64,000 nt of DNA from Desulfobacterales bacterium (GCA_021737275.1 JAIPEE010000015.1:12772-76771); one strand, 5' to 3'; numbered from the stretch's first letter, positions 11,498-21,733 are shown. Numbers and translations are program-made. Notes: generated by a model not told the origin, from the sequence alone.

Positions 11498-14400
11498 TTA
11501 ACTTAAAGCCGAAACAATATATTCAGCCGTCTTTTCAGCGGACTTACCAAAAAGCATTTTCATGTCAACTAATTCAAGGAATTGATCCTCAAAAGTGATA
11601 CTGTTTTCCTGAACGATATTTTTAATTCTTTCATATTTGCCACCCAGAGCCTTAATTTTAACGGCAAGTTCAACTTCATCCCTGAATGCAATATTTAACA
11701 GGAGAAGATTTTCAATCCTGTTGGGCATAGCAGGGTCCGCGGAAATAATCGGTATGACGATGATGGTTCTGTTATCTTTTCGGCCGATGCCAATATAAAC
11801 ATTTCCTTCACGGACAATGATGCGCTTGGTGCCCTTGAGTCGGTTATCTTTTTCAACGCGTGATGGGATCTTTTCAAGTACACCTGATTTTTTGATGATT
11901 TCAATAGTTGATATGTCAGTAGGTTCACCCAGCAGATTGAGATTGTCAATCTTATAAAAAATAGAACCCTTGATATCAGATACAATGCCTTGAAGGTTTT
12001 TAAGTACGATAATATTATTATTGGAAAGCGTAGACGGTGATACTTCATGTTCTGTCAGTTTGTCAAAAAGAATACCTTCAAGCTTATCGCTGATACGACT
12101 GGTACCGACCGTAACCGTTTTAGCCTGGTGCTTTATTGCATCAACAGGTCGGGCCATTGAGTTAATCAGGTCTCCAAGGTTGTCAAAAAGAATAATCAGC
12201 AGATTTTTAGCGGTACCCTTAATGCCGAAATCAAGCTCAAAGTCAGATACGGACATCCTGCCCATGAGATATTTCATCACCAGTATCAGGTTGAGCGTTG
12301 CATCAATCCCCATGGTAGTCGGAAGCTCATTTGCCATTTTTTTCTTTCTGAACTCATAGTAAAAGGCAGCCACTTTTTCCCTGAATGACTTTTCAAGAAC
12401 AATCTCATATATATCAAGACCATTTTTTGCATGCTCATCAATGGATTTTTGAATTTCTTCGCGGGCATGGTGGAGAAACCTGGAGCCTTCATTGATAGAC
12501 AGGGCCGCATAATAACCCCACAAATGACCGGCCAACGTATTTAAAACCGGTGCCAGGTGTTCATCGACAAGCGGTACATTAAAGACAGCTTCAGCATAAG
12601 GCGTAAACCGGTCTTCACCTTCATTTGCAATAACAATGGGTGTTGCTTTATGCGCATGAAAAATCGCCGTATCTTTTATGATATCCCCGATAACTGAGCG
12701 CCTGGCACCTGCAGCGCAGACGATTATCAGCGGCTCCGAAGAGAGATCAATATGTTTTTTGTCTTCAACAAAATCAGTTGAAATGGTTTTATAGCAAAGC
12801 TCGCTGAGTTTAATACGGATTTCATCTGCAGAGGCTTTGTTGGGGCCACTTCCAACAACTGCCCAATACGTTTTTGAAACAGCTGATTTTTTAGCAGATG
12901 CTTCAATTTTATCCCTCATGGAGAGTACTTTCCTCATGTGTTCGGGCAATTCGAGAAGGCTTTTAATCTGTTCTGAAATAAAGTCGGCAGAGCGGCGATT
13001 TAGAATTTTTGATAGTTGGAGGCTGATTATTGCACCGGCAACGATCTGGGCATAAAAAGCTTTGGTTGATGCAACAGACATTTCAATATCTCTGCCGCTG
13101 CTGGTGTAGAATACACCATCCACTTTAAAGGTGATATCAGATTCCCTGCGGTTCACAATGGCCAAGGTTTGGCCGCCACGCTCCTTCACCATATCAATGG
13201 TCCGGTTGGTATCTGTTGTCGTGCCTGACTGACTGATTGCAATGACAAGAGCATCGGACATACTCTCGCTGTCATCTTTATCATTTAAAATAAAACCACT
13301 CAGTTCAGATGCTTTTAATGGTTTGACATACATTGACGGATTATGGAGGTAGTAATTCAGTATGTCAGCGCAAGCTTGGGCCGCAATACCGGCTGTTCCC
13401 TGACCTATAAAGAAAACTCTTTTGATTTTATTGTTTTTCAGGGAAACTTCTAATCTCTCAGGGAAAGTTGTTTTATCAAGAGAGATGATATGATGGCCGT
13501 ACTGTCTGTCAATTTTCCACCGATTCTGAAGTGTTTTTTCCACAGATTTCGGAGATTCAAGAATTTCCTTGAGAAAGAAATGAGGAAACTCCTGGCGGTC
13601 GATATCTCTTGAGGAGATTTCTGTGTAATTGATATCTTTTTCAGTAAGCTCAATAGGAGTACCGTCATAAGTCAAAGCCTTAATGCCGTTCAGTCCATTT
13701 CCTGATTCCTGATCCAGGATTAAAATCCGGCCATCGGAATTCCCGATCATTTTAATGTATGAAGGGGTCTCTTCAATAAAACCATAGACTTCGGATGTCG
13801 GCATGTAATGATCAGTTGCAAGGCCAATAAAAATTGCCTGACCGCTGCCCTTTTGAGCAAGAAATAACTTACCGGGCGCAAGGTCCGTATGCATCGATAT
13901 GGCGTGAGATCCTGTAAAATCACTTACTGCCAGGCGAAAAGCCTCTTCAATTTCAAAACCTTTTTCAAGATAATGTGTAACCCTGACAGGAATTATTTTG
14001 GTATCAGTTGTGATCTCTTCAGGGATTTTACTGCTACTTGTCTCATATATTTTTTTCAGCTCAAGGTAGTTATCAATATCACCGTTCAGGCAGGCATGAA
14101 TAATACCGGTCGTATTAACGGCAGTAGTATTATTATCTACAGGGTGACAATTAAATTCGTTTATGGAACCGACAGATGCCCAACGAGTATGAGACAATAT
14201 TGTATAGTTGAGATGTTCAAGACATGCCAGATCCTGCAGAATTATATCAGATATTATCTGTTCGCGAATAAAGCTGATGTTATCGCCAAGGTTGCCGATC
14301 TCTTTGGCAACTTTATAGGTCATGACAACAGCAATCTTTTTATTGTCTGACTTATTGACCCCGATGCTTTTATTCACAAGAATATTATCAGATGCGCGTT

Positions 14401-15190
14401 CGTTAAATTCATCTCTCAGGCCTTTATCCATAATTTTTTGCTGGAATTTATCATATTCGGAAACCGGCAGTGTAAACAGGATGGAGATACCGGCTGAATC
14501 TCTTCCGCGAACTTCAAGCCGGTCAATACTGTTTAAAACAGCATTGATTTTTTTATAAACAGCGAGTGAACTATCCGGTACCAGTGAATACTCAACCGGA
14601 TAAAGCTTTCTGATTCGGGAAAGATTATCGAGAATCTCTGCGGTTATACACCAGGCGATATCTTTTAAAATTGCAATGCGAGTGGACATTATATCAACAT
14701 CCGCTGCATCAAGGGTTCCCATCTGTTTGATAAACTGTTCAGATTCTGTAGCAATTATATATTTGAGGCGTTTTGAAGTATCTGAAAGTACGGTTTCTAA
14801 AATGCTGTCACGGGATATCCTGATAAAGACACTATCTTCCTTCAGGGCTCTGACTTTTTCACGAAAGGATGAAATCTGTTCAGGTCCTGAAAGATAAGAA
14901 TCTTTAAAGGCAGCCTGACTATTACTGCAGGCTGAAAAGCCGTATTTCTCAACTTCACGGATAGCATCATCCAGAGGAGTAATATCAAAATTCGCCACAG
15001 ATTTACTACCCCTTGCAATGGCAACGATACCGGTAAACCCGCAACAGAGCGTAGAACTACAGCAAGGGAAAAAAACAATTGCGTTTTCCGGCATTTTCGA
15101 TAAATGTTTACACCAGAAGACATTTGTTCGAAGAAGACCGAATAAAAATTTTACATACTTCCAAAGCGTCAGAAAAAAAATTGTACACAT
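11498..15190 (-). CDS. Giant GlmS-like protein: split class II glutamine amidotransferase domain, two SIS domains and a C-terminal extension
   Basis: CGFTGIV ... LEVRGRDSAGI, HTRWASVGS..NCHP, NGDIDNY (GATase-2). ISQSGTTTDT and VVGSGPNKASADE (SIS x2). AKTVTVG resembles the GlmS tail. Start is uncertain (15190 or 15094). Confidence 0.8.
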   Translation of the reverse strand: MCTIFFLTLWKYVKFLFGLLRTNVFWCKHLSKMPENAIVFFPCCSSTLCCGFTGIVAIARGSKSVANFDITPLDDAIREVEKYGFSACSNSQAAFKDSYLSGPEQISSFREKVRALKEDSVFIRISRDSILETVLSDTSKRLKYIIATESEQFIKQMGTLDAADVDIMSTRIAILKDIAWCITAEILDNLSRIRKLYPVEYSLVPDSSLAVYKKINAVLNSIDRLEVRGRDSAGISILFTLPVSEYDKFQQKIMDKGLRDEFNERASDNILVNKSIGVNKSDNKKIAVVMTYKVAKEIGNLGDNISFIREQIISDIILQDLACLEHLNYTILSHTRWASVGSINEFNCHPVDNNTTAVNTTGIIHACLNGDIDNYLELKKIYETSSSKIPEEITTDTKIIPVRVTHYLEKGFEIEEAFRLAVSDFTGSHAISMHTDLAPGKLFLAQKGSGQAIFIGLATDHYMPTSEVYGFIEETPSYIKMIGNSDGRILILDQESGNGLNGIKALTYDGTPIELTEKDINYTEISSRDIDRQEFPHFFLKEILESPKSVEKTLQNRWKIDRQYGHHIISLDKTTFPERLEVSLKNNKIKRVFFIGQGTAGIAAQACADILNYYLHNPSMYVKPLKASELSGFILNDKDDSESMSDALVIAISQSGTTTDTNRTIDMVKERGGQTLAIVNRRESDITFKVDGVFYTSSGRDIEMSVASTKAFYAQIVAGAIISLQLSKILNRRSADFISEQIKSLLELPEHMRKVLSMRDKIEASAKKSAVSKTYWAVVGSGPNKASADEIRIKLSELCYKTISTDFVEDKKHIDLSSEPLIIVCAAGARRSVIGDIIKDTAIFHAHKATPIVIANEGEDRFTPYAEAVFNVPLVDEHLAPVLNTLAGHLWGYYAALSINEGSRFLHHAREEIQKSIDEHAKNGLDIYEIVLEKSFREKVAAFYYEFRKKKMANELPTTMGIDATLNLILVMKYLMGRMSVSDFELDFGIKGTAKNLLIILFDNLGDLINSMARPVDAIKHQAKTVTVGTSRISDKLEGILFDKLTEHEVSPSTLSNNNIIVLKNLQGIVSDIKGSIFYKIDNLNLLGEPTDISTIEIIKKSGVLEKIPSRVEKDNRLKGTKRIIVREGNVYIGIGRKDNRTIIVIPIISADPAMPNRIENLLLLNIAFRDEVELAVKIKALGGKYERIKNIVQENSITFEDQFLELVDMKMLFGKSAEKTAEYIVSALS

Positions 15191-15211
15191 ATATTACACT
15201 TATCCTCAGTG

Positions 15212-16279
15212 TTACATTTTAAGGTAAAGCTCCTTAATGCGGTTTTTCGTCATGATATTTTTCCAGTCTTTGCCGAGCGCATTTTCCCAGAGCGGAACAA
15301 GACCCAGTGCAACATTAATCATGATATCCAATTGCTCAGGTTCAAGATCTTTCACCAGCCCCCGCGGAAGGGAAACATTATGTTTTTTCAGCATTTGCCT
15401 GAACTCAGCAACACCTTCAGGGTAGTAATCTTCAAGATAGTCAAACACAATACTGTTACCGATGCCGTGATGCGTTCCCAGAACAAATGAAAGGCCATAA
15501 GACATGGCATGGGCAATACCTACCTGGGAATAGGCAATACTCATGCCCCCAAAGTAGGATGCCATCATCAGCTTATCATTACTGTCAGAAGGGTTCTCAA
15601 GAAAAACTTCTCTGCAAAGATCTATCGATTTTTCACCAAAGGACTGGCTGAAGGCGTTCAGGTATGTTCCGGTAAGGGATTCGACACAATGGATGTAGCA
15701 ATCCATTCCGGTATAGAACCACTGATCTACAGGAACATCTTCAATCAGCTCAGGATCAAGCACCATCTGATCAAAAACCGTATAATCGGAATTGATACCC
15801 AGTTTTTTTTCGGGGCCGGTTAAAACGGTTGTTCGTGAAATTTCAGCGCCGGTGCCGGAAAGGGTAGGGATACCCACATGATAGATAGCCGGAATTTTGA
15901 TAAGATCCCAACCCTGATAATCAGCGGCAGATCCGGGATTGGTGAGCATTAGTGAAACAGCTTTACCAAGATCCATGGCACTGCCGCCGCCGATACCGAT
16001 AATACCGCACGGCAGTTTATCAGAATAAGTCCTGATTTTTTCGACAAGAGCGTCAACATATGTTGTTTTTGGTTCATCCGTAACATCTGCCCAGAGGACA
16101 AGATCCTTGCCTTTCAGCGGGAGCCTGTCTTTAAGTGGTTTATTTTCAAATACATTGTCGACAATAAAAACCATGAATGCATCCGCATCCGGCCGCTGTT
16201 CTGCCAGAATATCATCCAACTGTTTAAAACAGCCGCGTCCGAATATAACGCGCGGTACTACCTTGAAATTTCTATACAT
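15212..16279 (-). CDS. Iron-containing alcohol dehydrogenase family protein, KdnB-like (sugar-acid oxidase/dehydrogenase)
   Basis: Fe-ADH motifs GIGGGSAMDLGKA and the His-rich metal site region (DCYIHCVES, GIAHAMSY). Adjacent to a DegT-family aminotransferase, as in the Kdo8N kdnB-kdnA pair. Confidence 0.75.
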   Translation of the reverse strand: MYRNFKVVPRVIFGRGCFKQLDDILAEQRPDADAFMVFIVDNVFENKPLKDRLPLKGKDLVLWADVTDEPKTTYVDALVEKIRTYSDKLPCGIIGIGGGSAMDLGKAVSLMLTNPGSAADYQGWDLIKIPAIYHVGIPTLSGTGAEISRTTVLTGPEKKLGINSDYTVFDQMVLDPELIEDVPVDQWFYTGMDCYIHCVESLTGTYLNAFSQSFGEKSIDLCREVFLENPSDSNDKLMMASYFGGMSIAYSQVGIAHAMSYGLSFVLGTHHGIGNSIVFDYLEDYYPEGVAEFRQMLKKHNVSLPRGLVKDLEPEQLDIMINVALGLVPLWENALGKDWKNIMTKNRIKELYLKM

Positions 16280-16316
16280 AATGCTACCTGCTTGTTTTTA
16301 GGTTTATATAAAATTG

Positions 16317-17507
16317 TTATATTGATTTCAAAACACCACAAATTTTTTCAATGCGCTGTTCAATAGCTTCCTGTGACCATGAAAGCTTAATCTGCATAGA
16401 GATTGCCCGGCCCATAATGGCATCTGATGCCGGAAGCTCAAGCCGGCCGTAATCAGGGAAGTTGTCGAGCAGCATCATGGGTAAACGTGCTGCAACAGCC
16501 ATTTTTTTCAGGTGCCCCCACTGTCGGATATAGTGCCAGTTATTATCATACCAGTAAAAGCATCCATCAACACCTGCCTCTGACAGCGCCTTTGCAGTAG
16601 CCCTGGTGGTATCCTCATCCGGCATAAAAAAAGATAAAAATGTTGCTGAATCGCCGGCTTCGTCAGGGAGTTTTCTGAATGTTACGTCCGGAAACGCAGC
16701 CATGGCATCTTTTATAACTTTTTTATTGGCACGTTGAAGTTCAAGAATTTTATCAAGCTTGCGTAACTGGGCCAGGCCAACTGCGGCATTGAGTTCACTG
16801 ATTCTATAGTTGCCGCCCAAAATCAGATGATCTTCAAGGCCGCGGTCATTTCCGATGTGATCATGACCGTGATCCGAGTAAGCATCTGCTGTTTTATAAA
16901 CAGCTTCATAATTGCTAATGACGGCGCCACCTTCGGCACAGGTAATTGTTTTTACAAAATCAAAAGAGAAGCAACCCGCTTTTCCAAAGGATCCGATTGC
17001 CTTGCCTTCAAATGTACTTCCGAGAGACTGGCAGGCATCTTCAATCAGTGTAACACCTTTGCGATCGCAAATGTTTTTTAGCCGGTCAATCTGGGCCATG
17101 GCACCGCACATATGAACCGGTACAACCGCTTTTGTTTTAGGCGAAATGGCTTTTTTTACCGCTTCCGGATTGAGACAGAGGGTCTCATCAATATCTGCAA
17201 ATACCGGCGTTGCACCGGCCAGTAGAACAGCTTCGAAAGTAGCAACAAAAGTAAATGGTGGAACGATGACCTCATCGCCGGCACCGATACCGCAGGATGC
17301 CAGTGCAATCGATAACGCTGCTGTTCCGCTTGAGCAGAGGTGACAGTAACCGACATCCAGTTTTTCAGTCAGTTCCTTTTCAAAGGATCCGGCTTTCCAA
17401 TGACCGCTTCTGACCTGGTCAAAGTTATAACGAAAAAGAATGCCTGTATCAAGCACATCCAGAACTTCCTTACGTTCTTCATCTCCAAAAATTTCAAAAC
17501 CCGGCAT
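16317..17507 (-). CDS. DegT/DnrJ/EryC1/StrS-family PLP-dependent sugar aminotransferase, KdnA-like
   Basis: Full-length family resemblance (CSSGTAALSIAL, VIVPPFTFVAT, SFDFVKTITCAEGG containing the presumed PLP lysine). Confidence 0.85.
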   Translation of the reverse strand: MPGFEIFGDEERKEVLDVLDTGILFRYNFDQVRSGHWKAGSFEKELTEKLDVGYCHLCSSGTAALSIALASCGIGAGDEVIVPPFTFVATFEAVLLAGATPVFADIDETLCLNPEAVKKAISPKTKAVVPVHMCGAMAQIDRLKNICDRKGVTLIEDACQSLGSTFEGKAIGSFGKAGCFSFDFVKTITCAEGGAVISNYEAVYKTADAYSDHGHDHIGNDRGLEDHLILGGNYRISELNAAVGLAQLRKLDKILELQRANKKVIKDAMAAFPDVTFRKLPDEAGDSATFLSFFMPDEDTTRATAKALSEAGVDGCFYWYDNNWHYIRQWGHLKKMAVAARLPMMLLDNFPDYGRLELPASDAIMGRAISMQIKLSWSQEAIEQRIEKICGVLKSI

Positions 17508-17547
17508 AATTAAACTCCTTATCCTAACTGTATATATTATCTGATTA

Positions 17548-18927
17548 TCAGGATTTGCCTGTTTTCTGCTGTTTAGCTGTATTTTGTGAAAAATAGTTGT
17601 TGAAGTAATATTTTATGGCCATTCGGGCATATTCGGTGGCCCGGGTTCCAATATACGCTTCATGGCCCACAACAACAGATACCGTAATCTTTTCCGAACC
17701 GTTCTTTTCAGATGCAAATCCGACAAACCAGTCAAACTTTACATCATTGGTCCGGTTGTTGATCGAACCGGTTTTACCACCGATGTTAAGCTTTGCAAGC
17801 GTTTTGTCTGTTCCGCAACCCCTGAAAGCTTTACGGCCTGTACCGGACTTGATAGTTCTTTCCATCAGCTTGTTTATAATCATAGATGTGTCTGCCGTAA
17901 TAGCCTGATGGTGCGATACTGTATTATTCTGATAGAGTATTCTGCCGTCCGGGGCGCTGATCCGGTCAATAATGGTAGGTTCAATTATCTTGCCATTATT
18001 AATAATGGTTGCCGGGATCATAGCACCGTAAACAGGCGTTATCATAGTATCACGATTAAAACCGCTGGCAATTTCCGCCCAGTGGTATGAATCATCTTTA
18101 ATAGTCGTAAGGCTTGTTGTCAGGGGAATTTCAAAATCAAAATCCCTGTTAAAACCAAATGCTGAAGCATATTTTTCAAGGACCGGTTTGCCAAGGTACA
18201 GAGAACCGATTTTACCAAAAACAGGATTTACAGATTGAGCGAATGAATCTTTAAATTTTATAGAATTGGTATACTTGTTTTTTTTATCTGTCAGCTGAGA
18301 CTTGTATAAGGTGTATTTACTTCCATTAAAACTCAGCATTGAATCCGGATTAAAATTACAATGCTCTACTGCTGCCGCTGCTGTAATAATCTTGAATATG
18401 CTGGCTGCAGGGAAACGGCTGTTTGTGCAGGTATTGTTTGTCGGATCAGTTTTATCGTAACCAACCATAGAAAGAACACGGCCTGTATCTGCCTCCATTA
18501 TTACGATACCAATGTAACGGGAAGTCGACAGCTGTAATTTACTGCTCATGTATTTCTGAAGTGATGCATCAAGGCTGGTTTTTATCCAGTAGTGATTATC
18601 ATCGGAAACAATATCAAAGCTTGTCTGCTCGAGGTTAAACAGATTGTTGCCATCCATAAGTTTCTGAACGGCCAGTTTGTCGAGATATTGATCAGATGGT
18701 TTGACCTTTTCATTTTGAGAAGAGGGGCTGGCCTGCACATAGTGTTCAAAAAACTTGTCAATTCCAGTGATTATACCATAAACAATAAATACAAGAATGG
18801 TCACAGCTGAAACATAAAATAGAAATTTCTTAGGCGCTTTTTTCTTTATGGGTGACCGTTTCAGTGTGGCCTGGTAATCACGCCATGTGCTGTTTGTATC
18901 ACTTTTTCTGTTTTTGAAAACGTTCAA
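17548..18927 (-). CDS. Penicillin-binding protein, transpeptidase type (short, single N-terminal TM anchor)
   Basis: SxxK (ASIFK), SxN (QSVN) and KTG (GGKTGS) motifs in the correct order, plus an N-terminal TM helix. Confidence 0.8.
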   Translation of the reverse strand: MNVFKNRKSDTNSTWRDYQATLKRSPIKKKAPKKFLFYVSAVTILVFIVYGIITGIDKFFEHYVQASPSSQNEKVKPSDQYLDKLAVQKLMDGNNLFNLEQTSFDIVSDDNHYWIKTSLDASLQKYMSSKLQLSTSRYIGIVIMEADTGRVLSMVGYDKTDPTNNTCTNSRFPAASIFKIITAAAAVEHCNFNPDSMLSFNGSKYTLYKSQLTDKKNKYTNSIKFKDSFAQSVNPVFGKIGSLYLGKPVLEKYASAFGFNRDFDFEIPLTTSLTTIKDDSYHWAEIASGFNRDTMITPVYGAMIPATIINNGKIIEPTIIDRISAPDGRILYQNNTVSHHQAITADTSMIINKLMERTIKSGTGRKAFRGCGTDKTLAKLNIGGKTGSINNRTNDVKFDWFVGFASEKNGSEKITVSVVVGHEAYIGTRATEYARMAIKYYFNNYFSQNTAKQQKTGKS

Positions 18928-18988
18928 TGGCTTTCCTATGATACGGTTTTATAAGTTCAAATCCAGTAATACCAACAATACCATACAA

Positions 18989-20911
18989 TTATGACAGGGG
19001 AGTGCCGGATGGCACTTTACTATCCAATGTTGCCACGACATGACTTTTCCTATCAGCTGCAGCCAGGAGCATGCCGTTTGACAAAATACCCATCAGTTTA
19101 GCCGGTTTCAGATTGGCAACAATAACGACCTGTTTGCCAATAAGATCATCCGGTTTATAGCTTGCAGAGATGCCGGCAACAATTGTTCTTTTTTCGCCGA
19201 GGTCAACTTCCAGCTTAAGCAATTTTTTTGCTTTGGGTACCGCTTCAGCTTTTGTAATAGTTGCCACACGGAGATCAACTTTAAGAAAGTCTTCAATACC
19301 TATTTCAGGTTTAATTTCCGATATATCAGCTTTTCCCGGTGTCACGGTTTCCTGCTTGGGGAGCACTTTTTCAGGATCAATTCTTGGAAATAATGTAACG
19401 GCCTTGGGTAGTGATGTTCCGGCAGGTAATATATTCCAGGCCTTCAGTGTGCCAAGCCGATAGAATTCTGCTTCCGGGTCAAGACCAAGATGTTTCTGCA
19501 TGGTTTTAGCTGTTTGAGGCATGGCCGGATAGACCAGGCCGGAAACAACCCGAAGCCCTTCGAGCAGGTTATACATCACGTAAGCAAGTTGTTTTCTGCT
19601 GGATTCATTTTTGGCCAGCTCCCATGGTGCGGTCGTATCAACACATTTATTCATCTGGCTGATAAAACCCCACACAGCAGCAATTGCTTTATGGAAGGCA
19701 AAGTTATCCATCTGTCTTTCGTATTCATCGATGGCCTCTTGTGCCTGTTGTGCCAGATCAAGATTGAACTCATTTTCCATATTGAGATCAATTTCAGGTA
19801 CTATTCCGTCAAAATATTTTCGGGTCATGGCCAGCACCCTTGAAAACAGGTTGCCGATATCGTTAGCGAGATCTGAATTGATTCGCTGAACAAGCGCTTC
19901 TTCACTGAAGCCGGCGTCCAGGCCGAATGCCATTTCCCGCAACAGGAAAAACCTGAAAGCATCGCACCCGTACTTGTCTTTCATCTGTAACGGTTCTACA
20001 ACATTGCCGATGGTTTTGGACATTTTGGATTGGTTAATATTCCAGTAGCCGTGAACGTTAAGATGCCGGTATAAAGGAATTCCGGCCGCCATCATCATGG
20101 TGGGCCAGTAAATACCATGCGGTTTAAGTATGTCCTTGGCCACAATATGCTGTACGGACGGCCAGTACTTTTTATATAGTTCACCATCCGGATAGCCCAG
20201 TGCAGATATATAGTTGATCAGTGCATCAAACCATACATAGGTGACGTAATTTTCATCAAAGGGGAGGGTAATGCCCCAGTTAATTCGTGATTTGGGTCTG
20301 GAAATGCAAAGATCTTCAAGGGGTTCTTTCAGGAAGGAGAGTACCTCGTTTCGGTATCTTTCCGGTCTGATAAAATCAGGATTTTTCCGTATGTGGTCAA
20401 TCAGCGCACCCTGATACTTGCTCATTTTGAAGAAGTAGTTGGATTCCTTTATAACTTCAGGCGGTGCATCATGATCAGGACATTTGCCGTCTACCAGTTC
20501 TTTTTCTGTATAAAATCGCTCACATCCGTAGCAATAGAGCCCCTCATATTCGCTAAAATAGATATCGCCGGCGTCATATATTTTCTGAAGAACCTGCTCA
20601 ACGATAGCGATATGATCAGGATCTGTTGTCCTGATAAACCGATCGTTATTGATGTGAAGTTGCGGCCAGAGGGCCCTGTAGAGACTGCTGATATGATCAA
20701 CATACTCCTTTGGTGATTTCCCTTCAGCTTCAGCTGCACGGATAATCTTGTCCCCATGTTCATCAGTTCCGGTGAGAAAGAAAACATCATTTTCCTTCAT
20801 GGTATTAAATCGTGCCGCAACATCAGCAATGATTGTCGTATAGGCATGTCCCAGGTGCGGCCTGGCATTAACATAATAAATCGGAGTAGTTATATAAAAT
20901 GCATCAGACAT
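18989..20911 (-). CDS. metG: Methionine--tRNA ligase with a C-terminal tRNA-binding (Trbp111/EMAP-like) domain
   Basis: HLGH (PHLGHAYT) and KMSKT motifs, Zn knuckle CYGCERF...CPDH, and a C-terminal OB domain (VDLRVATITKAE...). Confidence 0.97.
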   Translation of the reverse strand: MSDAFYITTPIYYVNARPHLGHAYTTIIADVAARFNTMKENDVFFLTGTDEHGDKIIRAAEAEGKSPKEYVDHISSLYRALWPQLHINNDRFIRTTDPDHIAIVEQVLQKIYDAGDIYFSEYEGLYCYGCERFYTEKELVDGKCPDHDAPPEVIKESNYFFKMSKYQGALIDHIRKNPDFIRPERYRNEVLSFLKEPLEDLCISRPKSRINWGITLPFDENYVTYVWFDALINYISALGYPDGELYKKYWPSVQHIVAKDILKPHGIYWPTMMMAAGIPLYRHLNVHGYWNINQSKMSKTIGNVVEPLQMKDKYGCDAFRFFLLREMAFGLDAGFSEEALVQRINSDLANDIGNLFSRVLAMTRKYFDGIVPEIDLNMENEFNLDLAQQAQEAIDEYERQMDNFAFHKAIAAVWGFISQMNKCVDTTAPWELAKNESSRKQLAYVMYNLLEGLRVVSGLVYPAMPQTAKTMQKHLGLDPEAEFYRLGTLKAWNILPAGTSLPKAVTLFPRIDPEKVLPKQETVTPGKADISEIKPEIGIEDFLKVDLRVATITKAEAVPKAKKLLKLEVDLGEKRTIVAGISASYKPDDLIGKQVVIVANLKPAKLMGILSNGMLLAAADRKSHVVATLDSKVPSGTPLS

Positions 20912-21730
20912 TTATTTCTCCTGTTTTTTATCCTCTACAAGCGTGGCCTTGTCTACATCCGTTTCATATTCCGTATTATTATCAATCAGAACGGCAATTC
21001 GGCCACGGATGATATTTTGTCGTATCACTTTGCCCCTGCCACCAGGTGTATCGACTATTTTCCCCATTTTTGGAAACTTTTTCTTGAGCTCCCTGTAGGT
21101 TTCATTTTCATATGTAAGACAACACATCAGGCGGCCGCACTGACCTGAAATTTTTGTAGGATTCAGTGAAAGTCCTTGTTCTTTGGCCATGCGGATGGAA
21201 ACCGGCTCAAACTTGTCCAGAAATGAAGAGCAGCATAACTCTCTGCCGCAACGGCCCATACCGCCACACATTTTGGATTGGTTCCGAATGCCGACCTGTC
21301 TCATTTCAATTCGGACGCTGAATTTTTTTACAAGTGTTTTTACAAGCTGCCTGAAATCGACCCTGCCTTCTGATGTAAAGAAAAAAGTCAGTTTGCTGGC
21401 GTCAAAAGTGCTTTCAACAGCAAAAAGGTTCATTTTAAGGTCCAGTTTTTTGACCCACGCCAGACAATAATTATGAGCATTCTTTTCTGTTTCAGAATTT
21501 TTTTCCAGCTGGGCAAAGTCTTTATCGCTTGCCATTCTATATACTTTTTTAAGTGGATTTTTTATGGCACCTTCATCAAAACCGGCCGGTGGTGAAACGA
21601 CAGTGCCAAAACCAAGCCCCTGTTTTGTTTCAACAACAACGTTATCCCCGGGGTTCAGTACAAAGGCGCCGGCATCAAAATCATACACTTTGCCCGCTGG
21701 TTTAAATCTTATACCTACAACTTTTTTCAT
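20912..21730 (-). CDS. PSP1 domain protein (RicT/YaaT-like)
   Basis: PSP1 C-terminal domain with Cys cluster CGGMGRCGRELCCSSF...CGRLMCCL. Conserved position next to holB. Confidence 0.85.
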   Translation of the reverse strand: MKKVVGIRFKPAGKVYDFDAGAFVLNPGDNVVVETKQGLGFGTVVSPPAGFDEGAIKNPLKKVYRMASDKDFAQLEKNSETEKNAHNYCLAWVKKLDLKMNLFAVESTFDASKLTFFFTSEGRVDFRQLVKTLVKKFSVRIEMRQVGIRNQSKMCGGMGRCGRELCCSSFLDKFEPVSIRMAKEQGLSLNPTKISGQCGRLMCCLTYENETYRELKKKFPKMGKIVDTPGGRGKVIRQNIIRGRIAVLIDNNTEYETDVDKATLVEDKKQEK

Positions 21731-21733
21731 ATA

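Noticed and set aside
13889-14350. 153-aa plus-strand ORF inside the GlmS-like gene
   Set aside because: It is antisense to a long, motif-bearing CDS and has no start context or homology.
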